NCBI RefSeq assembly: GCF_002571385.2
Contig: NW_019217960.1
Coordinates: forward strand, 130,308 to 194,307
DNA: 64,000 bases
Direction: 5' to 3'
Source of the DNA: Stylophora pistillata
Lineage: Eukaryota
Shown here: positions 12,201-24,788 of the stretch, in pieces
How the letters are laid out: each line of letters starts with the position of its first letter
Numbering within the stretch: the first letter of the stretch is position 1
Notes under the pieces: model-generated
Database searches by the model: none
What the model was told of the DNA's origin: nothing
The model's input: the letters and a program-made list of their open reading frames with translations, nothing else
Position numbers and translations under genes: made by a program

Positions 12201-12540
12201 TTCTTAGCAGACCTTGTGGTACAAGTGTAGTTGAGGTTCAATTTACTTTCATCCATTACAGACTTTCAGCCTTCTGCAACGTTTTAAGGACAGAGTGGTA
12301 AGGTCTTGGAAAAGCAAACGAGGCAAATCTCTCAATCGCTACAAGTATCATTCTAAAGCTGATGCCAACTGGAGTATTGCTCTTCAACAGCTACGGACAC
12401 TACTGCCTAAAAACAAAGATGTAGAGGACAAGCCCAAAATAGGAAATGAAGATGAATCTCAGCGTAAAAGTGGTTTACATCATCATCATGCAACAGAACA
12501 TGTTAACCAACATAACAGCAAACCGTCCGCCTATATCTAA
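264..12540 (+). CDS. Ionotropic glutamate receptor subunit (non-NMDA-like), 5' end outside window; 13 exons visible
   Basis: Phase-consistent exons approx. 264-448, 1124-1198, 1571-1708, 3404-3571, 5768-5872, 6159-6296, 6647-6844, 7291-7730, 8310-8637, 9213-9376, 9481-9623, 12262-12540 (12 resolved; boundaries read by eye). Motifs: ATD, S1 GFCMELL..WNGMI..ADLAIGPLSVSSQRQTAVDFTQPF, M1, M2 ..VGQGAD, M3 SYTANLASF, S2 YGCVKDSHT..FISESAVLDY..GYGFALPKNSP, M4 MAGAFY. Confidence 0.95.
2180..2261 (+). mobile_element. 3' end fragment of a non-LTR retroelement with (TTA)n tail
   Basis: Short segment ending in (TTA)7. A clearly related reverse copy lies at ~35494-35596. Confidence 0.55.
2263..2750. mobile_element. 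tRNA-containing fold-back element, copy A (near-perfect 434-bp palindrome plus ~50-nt tail)
   Basis: 2263-2478 is the reverse complement of 2480-2696 apart from one indel in an A/T run. Each arm carries a tRNA-like unit. Related copies at 25381 and 61929. Confidence 0.9.
2553..2625 (+). tRNA. tRNA-like unit (AGT/Thr-like anticodon), probably a repeat-borne pseudo-tRNA; mirror copy on - strand at ~2333-2405
   Basis: A box TAGCTCAATTGG, B box GGTTCGAATCC, acceptor stem GGCTTGT/ACAGGCC, followed by T7. The T-stem has two mismatches and the anticodon varies among family copies. Confidence 0.55.
4030..4606. mobile_element. Non-autonomous split-inverted-repeat element (A..A'B..B')
   Basis: Hairpin 4030-4222. 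Second IR TTTTAGAACATAGC (4220) / GCTATGTTCTAAAA (4593-4606). Confidence 0.75.
4916..5422. mobile_element. Non-autonomous split-inverted-repeat element
   Basis: Hairpin 4916-5103. Second IR TTATAACCCTCCCATTAATTTT / AAAATTAATGGGTGGATTATAA (5401-5422). Confidence 0.75.
10040..12056 (+). mobile_element. 5'-truncated, frameshifted CR1/L2-group LINE (RT domain) in last iGluR intron
   Basis: RT motifs NYRPI, DLSKAFDTV, GIPLGSTLGP, FADDT across broken ORFs 10336-11783. 3' stem-loop ACGGTGTCCAA/TTGGACACCGT at 11888-11928. AATAAA then an (AAAGTTC)n tail. Confidence 0.9.
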
Positions 12541-14062
12541 TGCACATGTCGTGCTAGAGAACGCTCAAAACTAAATAAGCGATTTTTTTCTTATTTCGTA
12601 TCACATGCGGCAGGATAAAAAGCCATCTTGATTTGGTTTTAGTATTTTGCACTGGCACTGGGATTGTTATAAGCGACGTCTTTTAAAGTCATCGTCACTT
12701 TCATTATTCTGAAAGCTATTACTAAATGCTACTCATTTTTTTCTTTATGGTCTTACCTGAACTTTTTTCTCTCTTGCTATATTCAGTATATTCAGTATGA
12801 TACCATTCAACTTCCTGGCCCAATGTTTTTCAATAAAATGCTTTTTGGTTGAAAAACCGCAAAGCAATACTCTTGATTTGCTAAGTTTTACATAGTTCGA
12901 CAAACTAAATGCAAATTATCAATAACTTCATGTTGCAAAGTCATCAATAAACGAAAAAAACCTATATTTTTACCTGTGGATGATAAAAATCAACGAAATT
13001 TTCCTCAGAAGTAAAATTAAATTGAATGAGTTGGATCATTTCATTTCACTTGTTAGGATCACTCTGAAATTGTTATCTTTTCTTTTCACAATTTAGCAAA
13101 CTCGTCAAATTGCTCATTGCACATCACAGGAAATTATGCGCGACTATCATTGCATTATAGTAAATAATAGATCTCCAAGAGTAATCTCTTGTTTATGGCA
13201 TGGACTTACAAATCACCACATAAGTCTCAAACGCTGTCACTTACTAGTGTGAAGTCATTTTTATCACAAAAATTTCAAGCTTCATCTCACCAATTCTATA
13301 CCAAAGCATAGCTACCACCATACGCAACACAAAGTACTGTTGTGCGTGCCAATTATGACAACAGTTCCATCCGGGAAGTCACATCCACATTTCCATTTGC
13401 CTGATTTGATAAATGCAACACTTACTGCATTGGCCATATGGATAACATGGGTCGGAGACCTGCCTTGTTACCTACCTTAAAAGCGATGTTACTGGGAGAA
13501 AATGATAATTCAATCATTCTCTCTCGATGCTACTTCAAACCATCTGCACTCAGGGGCGTAGCAAGTCATTTTTGGCTTGTACGCCCGTTCCATACCTTGT
13601 AAGTATAGTGCAGCAGGGAAAGGTAGGGAAAGTCAAGTATTTCCGAGAAAATTTTGTAAGCCCGGGCTTACTGGCTTAGAGGGAACTACGCGCCTGGCGA
13701 TTTGTCGAACTCATGCAATTGCTGGTTCCATACGTGACGTCATTTCTGGGCTGAAAAAGAGAAGGTAACGTTGACTTGATCAGGTTGTCATAGAAGACGC
13801 ATCTACTATTCCAAAAGTCGCCATATACTGGAGTCCACTCGGGAAAGGAGCTAGAGCAAAACCGAGAAAGACCTCGAAGTGGTAGCGATGGGCAGTGTTA
13901 GCCCAAGGACCCGATAGCGACTGAGAGAGTGAGTGTGTCGCCCCGTTTTAATGTTATTAAGTAGTAGAGACAAGGACATTATGGTGAACTAATTCTGGGG
14001 GAGCGGAGCTCTCTTCGATGCAAATCAGTTACTTTTGTTTCAAGAAACAAATATAACTTGTA

Positions 14063-14240
14063 AATAAAGGCTGATAGTTTCTAGAGAAACTGTTTGGGGC
14101 TGCGTCGGTGGGGGTAACGAAATAATCTGAATATATCAACAAAGTTGAAATGGTAAATTGGCCACCGTTACGATTATAAAAGCTCACGTTTCGAGCCTTA
14201 GCCCTTGGTCGGAGCGAATAGTCGAATTGTGGGATGTGTG
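14063..14240 (-). mobile_element. Repeat with degenerate minimal hammerhead motif (Penelope-associated type)
   Basis: Minus strand CTCCGACCAAGGGCTAAGGCTCGAAACGTGAG. Flanks are homologous to 29411-29585, 46358-46530 and the fragment at ~4662-4712. Confidence 0.65.
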
Positions 14241-14340
14241 TGCTTTTAAAGGCAGAAAAAGGAGTTACGTCATTGGTGGGAACATGGCAACGAGAAAAAC
14301 AGGAATAAATTAATGGAATGGAAAGCGTTCGTTGATCGAC

Positions 14341-14661
14341 GAATGAAAGATCCAAAACAAAAAAGCTAACGATGGTAACAATGGCAATAATTTAGGCATT
14401 ATTTTATTTTTAGTATATTTTCCTCTTCCGGTAAGCCTGGATCGAATTCTGGAGATATAGCTTATAGTCTCGGAAATTTTAATTTTACGAGAGATAATGA
14501 TAACTATATATTCCAATTTAATTCAAAACAGTTATCGTTGAAACCAATTCCTGTGAATGAAAGATCCAAAAAAAGCTAGTGATAGTAACAATGGCAATAA
14601 TTTAGGCATTATGTTATTATTAGTACAATTTCCTCTTCAGGTAAGCCTGGATCAAATTCTG
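14341..14661. repeat. Local direct duplication (~110 bp x2)
   Basis: 14341-14450 and 14555-14661 share GAATGAAAGATCCAAAA..GTAACAATGGCAATAATTTAGGCATT..GGTAAGCCTGGATC. Confidence 0.85.
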
Positions 14662-15433
14662 ATGACAATCATCGGTTTGGATAAGCAAACGTTAAAAGAT
14701 ATTGTGTCGTCATTTTGATTGACAGTGAATTTAACACGAATCCTTTTGCTCGCTTTGCTTAAATCTTTCGTTCCGAAAGATATTTATTATCAACAGAAAG
14801 AACTTGAGTTTCGTGCTCACTGTTTGACTTTCCCCTTCTTAATATAGAATCATATTCTGATTCCATATCAAAATGTACAAAACAAACTTAGAAAACTAAC
14901 GGATCCAAAGATCATATATTGTAGATATCGATTTTATTTGACAAACTTGGAATTCTGCATTTGTTATTTTAAAGTCACAATCAGTTAGTTTTTGATCACG
15001 GCTTTCAATTTTTGCAAACAGGATTAATCTTCTACTGTACCGAGGTTTTTTTTTTTTTTCAAATATTCTTAATTTTAAGTAGTCTTAATCAATTTTATAG
15101 ACACTTGTACGAGGCGGAAAAAGTCAATTATCTCGCGCTTTGAGGCATGTTGATGATTCCATTTAGGCCATCTCGTTTGAAAAAATGAAACAGTCTTGAT
15201 TATTTCGTTACTTTCTTCGTATCACTTTGAAAAGTTTTATTTGAATTCGTGAGACTAAAAATTTCTTTTCATATTCTTAAGATCAAGGACACTAGAGAAA
15301 AGGAAAATAAAACGTTTATTTTCCTCCATGTCAAACTGTGCTCATTCGAGACTTGCTGTGTCAATCGCCCTTTACTTATAGATAACATGGAATATCTGTA
15401 TTACTATCAGAAACTTCAAAGCCTGTCGTATAT

Positions 15434-15493
15434 TGCGTGTGAACATACTGCGTGTGAACATACTGCGTGTGAACATACTGCGTGTGAACATAC
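15434..15493. repeat. 15-bp minisatellite (TGCGTGTGAACATAC)x4
   Basis: Four exact units, flanked by a repeated CTGTCGTATATTGC. Confidence 0.95.
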
Positions 15494-17798
15494 TGTCGTA
15501 TATTGCCTGTTAACCTTACTGAACATTTGCCTTTTTTTTTCCCTCTGCGAGTGTCTACCGTCATGCGACTTTTTTCCTATTCAAGCTGCTGACTACTTGC
15601 AGCCTCAGTCATCGCTAATAGTAACTTGTTCGCCACTAAAAGTAAGTTTTCCTTCCTTACTTTGTTATTCCAAAACGACTCTCATCGCTCTTCGGGGCGC
15701 AAAACAAAAACACGACGATATCTTTCTTTTAATAATAGGGATCAAGCTAAAAATAGAATAGACGTATAATTTGAAATGAGATACTACTTTTCCCTAATTT
15801 GCTTCCTGTAACAATGACTGGTTCATTCAAATCTTCACATGCAGCTTCAGTAAGAAATACTTGAAGAAAGGGTCGGTAGATTTCTCATTTGTTAAGACGT
15901 TTCTTATTCTACAGTAAACGATTCAAATTTAAAAAAGAGAATGAAAAAAAAAACATGAAAAACGCAAAAAGCGCGAACCGGCAAATTAAGGAACGCTTTT
16001 TTCCTTGAAATTTTTGCCTTTAAAAATTGAAGCACAATAATAGCACAAGCAAAACTATTTTCTTATAATACATTTTTACCATTCTATATGAAAGTTTCAG
16101 TTTTGATATTTTTTAAGCACTTGATTACTCGCGGTCTGCTTGTTGTCTTCTTGCTTTGTCTTGCAAAGTTGAAAGAATCAGCAAGCGGCCCGCGCCGGTT
16201 CCACTTGGCCAGTCCATCAATTAGTATTTCTTTTGGACGGGCACGCGTGTTAATTACAGCAAATGAGTTCACCACTTACAGTTCAATATGAAGTCTCTTG
16301 GGAATAGTTATTGTTGATAGTCAAATCCTTTGTGATTGCCTTAACAATACCGTACAAACAACCTGCGCTGTTTTGAACAGCTCCTACATAAAATAGAAAC
16401 ACAACATAAGAAAAACAGAGTGCTCCCCTGTAAAGACTTGCCAGAAGTGGTTTTAGCTCTGTTTTAAATTATGTGCTATGATACCCTTTTTTTCTTTTCA
16501 AATTGGTTTTGTGGAAAGTATATACATTACATCTTGCGTTGAGCTAAATTCCACGTTAAATTGGTTTCAGGTGTTTTTGTTAAGTCATGGATAAAGTGTA
16601 AATGATCTGCCAAGGTCTAATACACGAAAAAAGAAATAGTATTCAGAAAAGGGCCAGTAGGTCGATAACACTTCGATAAATGTTTTCCCTCTTTTCTCCA
16701 GTGTCTCGACGAGCCAACATTTTTTTCATAAAACATCCAAGTGATTTATTTTGATTTCTCTTCGCAGTGCTTAAGAACTGATTTATTTGTTTTTCTAGTT
16801 TTGTTTGGCATCAGGTGAAGATCGTTTGCGAAAACAAAAGTTCAACTTCGTAGTCACTATGGTTCTCAGTTAATATCAATAAATGTCTGGGGAAAATTTT
16901 AAAATATTTTATGACACTCGTGCTCATCAGCATTAAATATAATTTCAGATCGCAAGCAGTTTTCTTTGAATTTTTTTTCTTAAACGCCACATAAATCTGT
17001 CTTTGCGGTCGCCTAGTTATGTTAATGAGTAAGACTGACACTTGTTAATAAGTTATAAGTCTACGTGCTACCTCAAGAAGGCATTTCTAGGATATTCACA
17101 TGTTCTTTTCAACTACGTGTTAAATAGAAATCAAATAGCTGAAATACATGGAGACAAAATCTCAAAGAAAAAAAGTTTGCAACGAATACCACTTTCTAGG
17201 AATGTGCGAAACTTTTGTCCTTATCGTTTACTTAGTTTAACAAGTATCGACCAATACTTTTTCGGTCGCTTTGTTAATAATTATATACCCTTACTAAACA
17301 ACTTGTGCGTTGATTTTGGTCAGCAAAAAAATCAATTTCCAAGAAGAACCTCTAGCGTTTACGCCATTCTGAGCTCTAAATCCAAGAATTTGCAACTACG
17401 TTTAACATTGATGTCTTGTAACGATGAATTAGCTCTCAGGAAAATAAGAAAATGCTATTTCAGTAATGTGGCATTTAGCTTTCCCGTTGTGGTAACTAAA
17501 ATCAAACTCATTAAAGTTGCTTAGGGAATTGAATTTCTATGTCTTTCCCTTGTCTGGCAAGTTATTCAACAAGCCACAAAATAGTGGCTCGTATCTGCGA
17601 TTACATTTTTGGCAGATCTTGGACCATCTATTTAATTTTTTTGATACTCTTCTGTTTTAAGAAGGCAAGTTCATCTAAATTTCTGGCGTCGTCGCCATAA
17701 ATATTTGATCAGCGAACCATCCATTTGCTTTACGTGTTAATGGCGATTAACTGTCACCTAATGCCAACGATGTGGAATTTTTTTGCTTTTTTTCCTCT

Positions 17799-18949
17799 TC
17801 AACGCTGCGGGTTGCACTCGGAGATGTGAAGTTTGAGATCACATCGCCTTGTGAAACAGATCTTGCAGTATCGGCAACGGTATGGGGCGTTATCCGTATG
17901 AACATGCATATGGAACTTCAAATTGGATAGCTTATTGAAGGCTTTTTCGCAGAGATTGCAGCGATACGGCTTCTCTCCTGTGTGGATGAGAACATGGTTA
18001 CGCAGGTTGCCTTTTTGATGAAAACCTTTGCCGCAGATATCACATACGAATTCTTTTAAGTCACTGTGAGTGCGAATATGAGTCTTGAGCGTGGATGAGC
18101 GATTGAAGGCTTTGTCGCAGATGTGGCACTTGTGGGGCTTCTCAGAAGTGTGAATGATTTTGTGACGGCAAAGTGTGCTTGACAATCGAAATCCCTTGCC
18201 GCATATGGCGCACACAAACGGCTTGGCGCCTGTGTGGGATGGCATCTTCAGGTGGATCGTCAGTGTATACTTCGTCTTAAAAATTTTACCGCACTGATCG
18301 CACTTATAGGGTTGTTTGACTGGGCTTGTTTGAAACGACGAAGGCAATCTTTTAGAACCTTCTCGTAGATTCCTTGGCTCTTCAAGCCCTCGGTGTTGAG
18401 ACCTTTTGGAACCTTTTCCCAATCGTGTTTTATCTTTCGTTACTGCGCAGGTAAATTCCTCCTTTTCTGCTCTTGATAATTCTTTATGTTTGCCCATCTT
18501 CAACTTGCTCTCTTTCTGATTTTGACTTGGCGCCAAATCGCTAGTGTAAACACACTCAGCAAAGTATTGCTCATTGTTCGTATGCTTCTCCGAGCGATTT
18601 GCATTCACGTCTGTTGCTTCTTTGAAGGACGGACTTTGTTCTTGGAGAGATAGGCCCAGAGAACCTGTTCTGGGAGCCGATCGATCCCAAAGACCAAATT
18701 GCAAAGATCCTAAAGTATGCACAATCCACAAGTCAGGAATGGGTCTTCGTTAACTCGTTTTGGCCGAAGTTAACTAGAAATAAGTATTCACTTATTTTAT
18801 CAGCAGATTTACAATAGCAAAATAAATGGCAGGGCTGTATGGTTCAGGAGGGATCGTCAATATTTTAGGTGCTTACCTGCAATGGAATAATCCTCTCTGC
18901 TGTTCCATTCCTGCCTCAGATGGCGCCGCAACAGGAATGACTTAGGCAT
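17799..18949 (-). CDS. SNAG-motif, Fez-like six-finger C2H2 transcription factor (327 aa, 2 exons)
   Basis: Exon 1 18949-18877 encodes [24 protein letters not shown](G) and ends CAG|GTAAGC. Exon 2 18709-17799 follows CTTTAG in matching phase 1. Fingers [34 protein letters not shown] and [10 protein letters not shown] closely match the Fezf/earmuff family. Confidence 0.9.
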
Positions 18950-19099
18950 CTTTACTTGATTCCAAATCTATACCGACGGATTTTTGTAAGAACTTCTCGA
19001 TCAGCAGGTAGGAGAGGCGCCTGAACTTGAGCATTAGCAGGTATCTCTCGTTTCCTTGAAATAAGAATCTGTAAAATGTTGCCACTCGTGCCTGCACGG

Positions 19100-19230
19100 G
19101 GTTATAAATCTTCAAACGGTGGTAATGTGTTAATGCAATCAGTTTTTAATTCTTTCGTATCCAATCGGCGTGTGTCACCAGTACGTTTCAGGCTATTGTT
19201 ATTGTTTACAAAGGCGCACTTGATTGGTTA
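19100..19230 (-). promoter_or_regulatory. Putative core promoter of the SNAG/Fez-like gene
   Basis: Minus-strand TTTATAA at ~19108-19102 and CCAATCA at 19227-19221, 150-280 bp upstream of the ATG. Confidence 0.35.
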
Positions 19231-22200
19231 ACAACAGGTTGTTAAGCACAGTCAGAAGGTACTTTTTTTTTCTTTTTTGATTTCCACAAAGGATAAAATA
19301 TTACTTGATAAAATTACCCCACAAACTTGCGCAACTGTCCTTTTACGAGTATTAGAAGAATTTGGAGATTAATAGTTATCGAAAATTTATTTTTGCGTCG
19401 TCTTTCAACTTTCCCCCCGGATCCAAGCCACCTGTCAAATGAGAATATACGAGGTTAGCCCCGTAACAAAACATGGAAAACCGGTTATTGTAGGATGGCA
19501 AAGCGACTTTTCACTCCGAATTGCCATTTTCCCTGACTCAACGTGGGTGAAGATGCGATTTTTGTAATAATCCGAGAAAATTTCTTGAAATTGCAAGCAA
19601 CTTGCTCATTGGCGAACGAATGAAAATAATAATAAGAAAAAGCTTAGTTTTTTTGTACTTGAAGGTCGCAGCTGCGATGAAATTATTACTACAAAGCTCA
19701 GCTGGTAACCACAATGTTTTGGTTTGCTAATGAACCTATCTCGTCCGCCTTTTCATAAATGAGCATTTTATGCTGGCTGACTTCGGTGAGTAATTAATTA
19801 TTAAAGAACTTCATGCGTCGTTTTGAGAAAGCAAACAATACTGCAGAAGACTTAAAGCCACTTTGGTAAATTAACGCCGAGTACTGATTCTTTTCTGAAG
19901 TTCATTAGAACCTGGTAAAGATTAACGAATGTCGTTCCAACTTTATGAGGCGTTTGCGTGTGTATTGTTCATCTTCCGGTCTCTTTGAATTGATAACTAT
20001 CAGTCCAACCTGATTTGCTATTCTTAGAAAATAAATCGTTTTAAAGATTTAAAACGCACAAGAGCCGAAGATATGCCACTTTTGTATCCTGTCGAGCTAT
20101 TGATATCGCAGTCAATTTTCTAAGTACATTGGAGCCTTTTACCTTCTGAGAAAAATTAGTCAATATTACATTGAATAAAGTGGTTTCCATTTTAATCTAC
20201 GAACTTATTATGAATGCTCACTTGAAGACAAGCGTTAACGCCCCACAGGCCAGGAATCATCATTATCAAAAAAGTGTAAATTGACTCGTGGTCGAGTTTG
20301 ACTCAAATTGCAAACAATTTGGTCTTGTTGTTTCGACGAATACGAAGATGCAAGAAAACGACTTGTTTTTGCGAAAAGATTCATCGAGATGTGATGACTT
20401 CCGCTAAACAATGAATAATCTACAGATTTTTTAAAAGTGGTAATCAAAAACCGCAAGTTATTCTCGGAACAAAATCGAAGGGCAGCAGTAAATTTAGACA
20501 GAAAAACCCAGATTAGAGAGCAGGTGTTGTAAATTAAATGGCGCTATGGCTGAAAATTTTGAGGACCCCCGTTTTGCGATGGTAGTTTTTGTAAATTCTG
20601 AAATTCCCCCAACCGCTGTGAAAATTAAGGCCGAAAATTAAAGCGCTAAATTAATGAGACACGAATGCCAAATGACTGCTATTTCCCATTCGTGAACAGT
20701 TCACTTCGAAGGGAAATAGAAATTTGGATTTACTTTTTACTCGTAAAAAGTTTTGGAATTTCTAAAAGAGAAAAAGATTCTTAACTTTACAAGTTTGGAA
20801 TCCCAACACTATACCAAAACAGCAACGAAATTCTAATAGAGGCAATAAAGACTTCGTAAGGGTTAGCTTAACATAAAACGTTTCATGAAATTTTCAGGTC
20901 AAATAAAACTGCCTAGATTCTTTTCACAGATCTGCAAACGCAAACATTGATATAGGGCTAACCTGATGAGTCATTTAAAGGACGTATTGTTTGTAAACAC
21001 AAGCAATTGTTACATGCTTTAGGCGATCATTAAAGTTTTTTCGGCAAGATTTTGTAAGACCAAAATGCACACAGAAATGTCGTTAGCGAAACACATGACC
21101 GAGATATAGGTACATGCAGGTTAAAATATCAGTCTTGAAATGGAAAGTCAAAAATAAATCTAGGAGGAAGATCTACAGTTAAATATTGCAACTTCCTGTA
21201 TTTTGAACTGAAGCAGAAGATGACACTAATTTGAAAAGTTAAATAAGGCTTTAAGGAAATCCAGGCGTGAGAAATTGTTATTTTGTTTTCACACCATGTT
21301 TTATCTGTGGTCATTTCAGGGAATAAATCTGATAAGAATTTCTTCCAGGGTTTAATTCGGCGATTCCCCCACGCAGCGACTGATGAACTATGAAAATAGC
21401 AAAATTTTTTGGCGTCCGTCAAGCGCTAACTATCGCTCAATGAGGGGTCTTACCAACCTTGTCAAGGACCCAGAAACATTCTTTTGGAAGAAATTGCTTA
21501 AAAAAAAATATGCCAAACGATTATTAGAAAAAGGAATAAATTCCCAAAAAATATCTTTAAAGTAGAGGTTCGCGACAATTATTTTGGAGGCGTAGATAGA
21601 TCGCGGCCAATGTTTTGCTTATTCTTATGTTGAAACTAAAATCTCTGCTTTCTGCTCTTGAATATGACAGCTTATTAGCTAGTCAAGTTCTCCTCGTATG
21701 AGCGAATGTGACAGCTTTTCAGGCTTGAGAGAGCCTGCAAGACCGGTGGTGTGTAAAAAATAAACCGAATTTTTGAAGTTCCGCTTTCTTCGTCGAAATT
21801 TTATGCATGCAGTATTTTTGCACCCCCTGTCTACGGTCCAACAACGCCTTCTGAAAGTTCCTGATTACATCCTATAGTTCCAAAATTCCTTTTCTTCGTT
21901 CAAAAGTGAAACGTGATCTCATATTTTTATTGTAAAATCGATCACGATCTTAGCTCTAAAAATAATCCGTCGGATTATGGTGGCGACGTGACTCAGTGGG
22001 AGAGGATTTTGTGTCCGTGAGCAGTCTCAGGATCCGAATCGATCAATTCTCTGTAATGAGCCATTCAATCTATTTACAAAGGACGCCAAAACTGTTATAA
22101 ACAGTGGGTAGGATTTCAAGAAAACACACTGATAGGCTTGATTAACTCAAGATGGCAAGAGAACCTGCTTCACGTAACAGGTACTGAGTTATTTTACAAT

Positions 22201-23468
22201 AGCTTACGATTGCGGTTGATCAAGTTATTTAGAAAATAAAAGCAAATATTTTCTGAAAGCGATTTATATCGTCTAAATAGAACGAGATATTTCCAAACGA
22301 AAAGCAGATGGCACAGCCCTGACTTCGTCGATTTTAGATCTCTCTTTAAAAAGAAGGCAATCTCAACCGCTTTTAGCGGTTCGCTGCTGAGTTCTTGGCC
22401 TTACTCTCGTAGCGGTATTGAACTGTAATTTTAAGAGTGTTTTGACGGCAAAACCAGGGCATTCAAACTGAACAAACAGAACTTGATTAGGTCGACTGAA
22501 CTCACGGATTATGCTTTCTTTTTTGGGATCTTGGGTTCCATTCCCGTCTTTGGAGCCGCAGAATACAATGAGTGCGGGCTTATATACAGGGTTAGTCTAT
22601 GAACCAGTAACTTTGCGCGACCTATACCGCAGGTTATGGTTTTTCAGTTTTTTCGAGCGAAAGGCAAGCCATTTGCCGCAGTAAATGTAAGTCGGCATTC
22701 AATATAACTGGATCAATCCAAGATTTGTTTTTCTTTCACTCTTTTCTTCTTAAACAATGCATAACCATGAACCACTGAGCACGCAAACCGTAAGAACCAA
22801 CGTTTAACCACGCATCTTTTTCGAAAGATCGAGCCTGAGATATATTTCTTGGAATTGTTTAATTCTAAGGGAGGAGAAAATGCATCCTCTCTTGCCAATT
22901 CGATAACAACTGCTCCGATATTTTCCGATAGCTGCAGTTTCTTTCGTAAAATGCACTTTTAAAAATAAAAATTGTGGTATCTGTCCTTTTTAGGAGTCTT
23001 AATTATTACTATATTTTTTTATCTTTTTTCAATCTATTTATCGTATTATTTGAATTGCGTTCGAGCCCTTTTTCATACTCAGCCTAAGGACTCTAGGTGT
23101 ATGAGTCTCCACCAGTTCGATATTTGAGTTGTTTCTGCCCCGTACTACAGTACTTTCACCTTTAAACTGAAACTTAACCTAAAATGCTAAGTTTACTTCT
23201 AAAGGCATTTTAACTCGGTGAAGGAAGCAAGAGTTTGGTCGCAAGAACGGTTGCGGACAGAGGAACTAGCGATGGAATTAAAGAAAAATATTTCAGCCTG
23301 CACTCTGAATTCTAAGATCCATAGAACTTGCTGCTTTAATAACAACAAAGAAGTCACGCATCACGCTCAGACAACATTTTCCGTCTTAAATATCATTAAT
23401 GTCGATATCGATGCCAGTCAAAACAACTGAAATGGAACTCCAAATTAAACCGCTTCAGCACACATCAC

Positions 23469-23918
23469 ATGATCAGCCCTTAAGCTCAACTGAAGTAACC
23501 CATGCAACAAATACTCGGTTACAGTTTCTACTGTCATAGCCCTTTAGCTTTGGTAAAGCAACTTCAAGGTATGAATTTCAACTGAAACTTGCTTTAAACT
23601 GCACTGGATGAAAAGTTCTACATCAATTCGAACTCACATATCATGACTTCCCGTGACACATCATTCATGTTGATCTCTATAACTCATCAGGAACTCGAAA
23701 TACATGTTGCATGATAAGCCCTTGGGCTTAATTGAAGCAACCCAAGCAGCGAATGATCGGTTACAGTTTGTACTGTCACAGCCTTTTAGCCTTGGTATAT
23801 CGACTTCAAGGTATGAATTTCATCTAAATTTTGCTCAAACTGCACTAAATGAAGACTTCGAATCGATTCGGGCTCGAACTTACATTTCATGACTTCCCGT
23901 AGCGCATTCATGTTGACT
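23469..23918. repeat. Diverged tandem duplication (~240-bp unit x2)
   Basis: 23469-23673 and 23712-23918 share CGGTTACAGTTT, ACTTCAAGGTATGAATTTCA, AAACTGCACT and TCATGACTTCCCGT. Confidence 0.85.
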
Positions 23919-24143
23919 TCTACGATTCATTCACCCACAGAATATTTCGTTCGTCTGTTTAATTTCTTTCCATTGTTTTCTTAGTGTCGTGTTTACCTCG
24001 TTTCCTGCAACAATGTTGACATTTTCTTTCTTGCATGTTTCGAACGGACTTATGATAACGTTTAGATCAAAGTCGGGTGCTCAGTTTGACTCAGGTCAGA
24101 TTTCACAAAAATCTTGCTGATGAACAATATCATTTTTGAGCTA

Positions 24144-24425
24144 ACCGCCTTCCGGTTTGCTCAATTGGTTAGAGGGACGGACTGTCTTGTGCGGGAGGTC
24201 GAGGGTTCGAGCCCAGGCCGGACCAATACTCATAAGTGAGGAGAATTTGCTATCTTTTTAAAATCAAGAAATGGATAAATATTCTAGTCTTCTCGAATAA
24301 GGACGAATAAACCGTAGGCCCCGTCTCCTGCAGGGTTAGGGGTAGGAGACGTTAATTTGGGAATTGGCCCTGAAAAGCCCCATGGGGAGTGGTCAATTAA
24401 CCTATGTATGTATGTATGTATGTAT
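24144..24425 (+). mobile_element. tRNA-derived SINE with (TATG)n tail, possibly Deu/Nin-domain type
   Basis: A box TTGCTCAATTGG, B box GGTTCGAGCCC, core ATAAGGACGAATAAACCGTAGGCCCCGTC, 3' stem GCCCCATGGGG, tail (TATG)5. Confidence 0.8.
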
Positions 24426-24788
24426 TTTTAATTTACTAGAACAAAATGTTAAAAAAGGTTTTTTGTACAACATGTATTTTTAAACCCACAAAAAGGTCAA
24501 AATATGTGTATTCCCCTTGGTATTTAAAGAAAGTCAAATGCCTCTAATTGAATATACTGAAACTGTAAATAGCACTGCTTCTCTTGTTGTGGCCATCAGC
24601 AGTATTCAATATTCAGAGACTTTTCTATTAATACAATATGAAGTATTGAGCAGTAATATTGCTTCAATCTACTGATTTCTGACAACTCTACCTGGGTGAA
24701 CATTTAGCAACAAACTATGACTTGGTACCAATAATAGATAAAAAAAATTCCCTTCTCCTTGCAGTTAAAGGCAAATACATTACCTACT

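Noticed and set aside
15434-15493. CRISPR-like repeat array
   Set aside because: Contiguous repeats without spacers, eukaryotic context, no cas genes.
15249-15761. 170-aa ORF with ACEHT repeats
   Set aside because: Produced by a 15-bp minisatellite. GTG start, no splice or domain support.
17042-17524. 160-aa ORF antisense and downstream of the zinc-finger gene
   Set aside because: TTG start, AT-rich, no motifs. Likely a chance ORF in 3' flanking DNA.
18710-18731. TTG start of the 310-aa zinc-finger ORF
   Set aside because: Intronic. The better-supported start is the SNAG exon at 18949.
20963-20990. CTGATGA-GTC..GAC hammerhead-like seed
   Set aside because: GAAA is replaced by GTAT and there is no stem III.
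23469-23918. Duplicated small coding gene in the tandem repeat
   Set aside because: Short ORFs in one copy are broken by stops or frameshifts in the other, with no codon-position bias.
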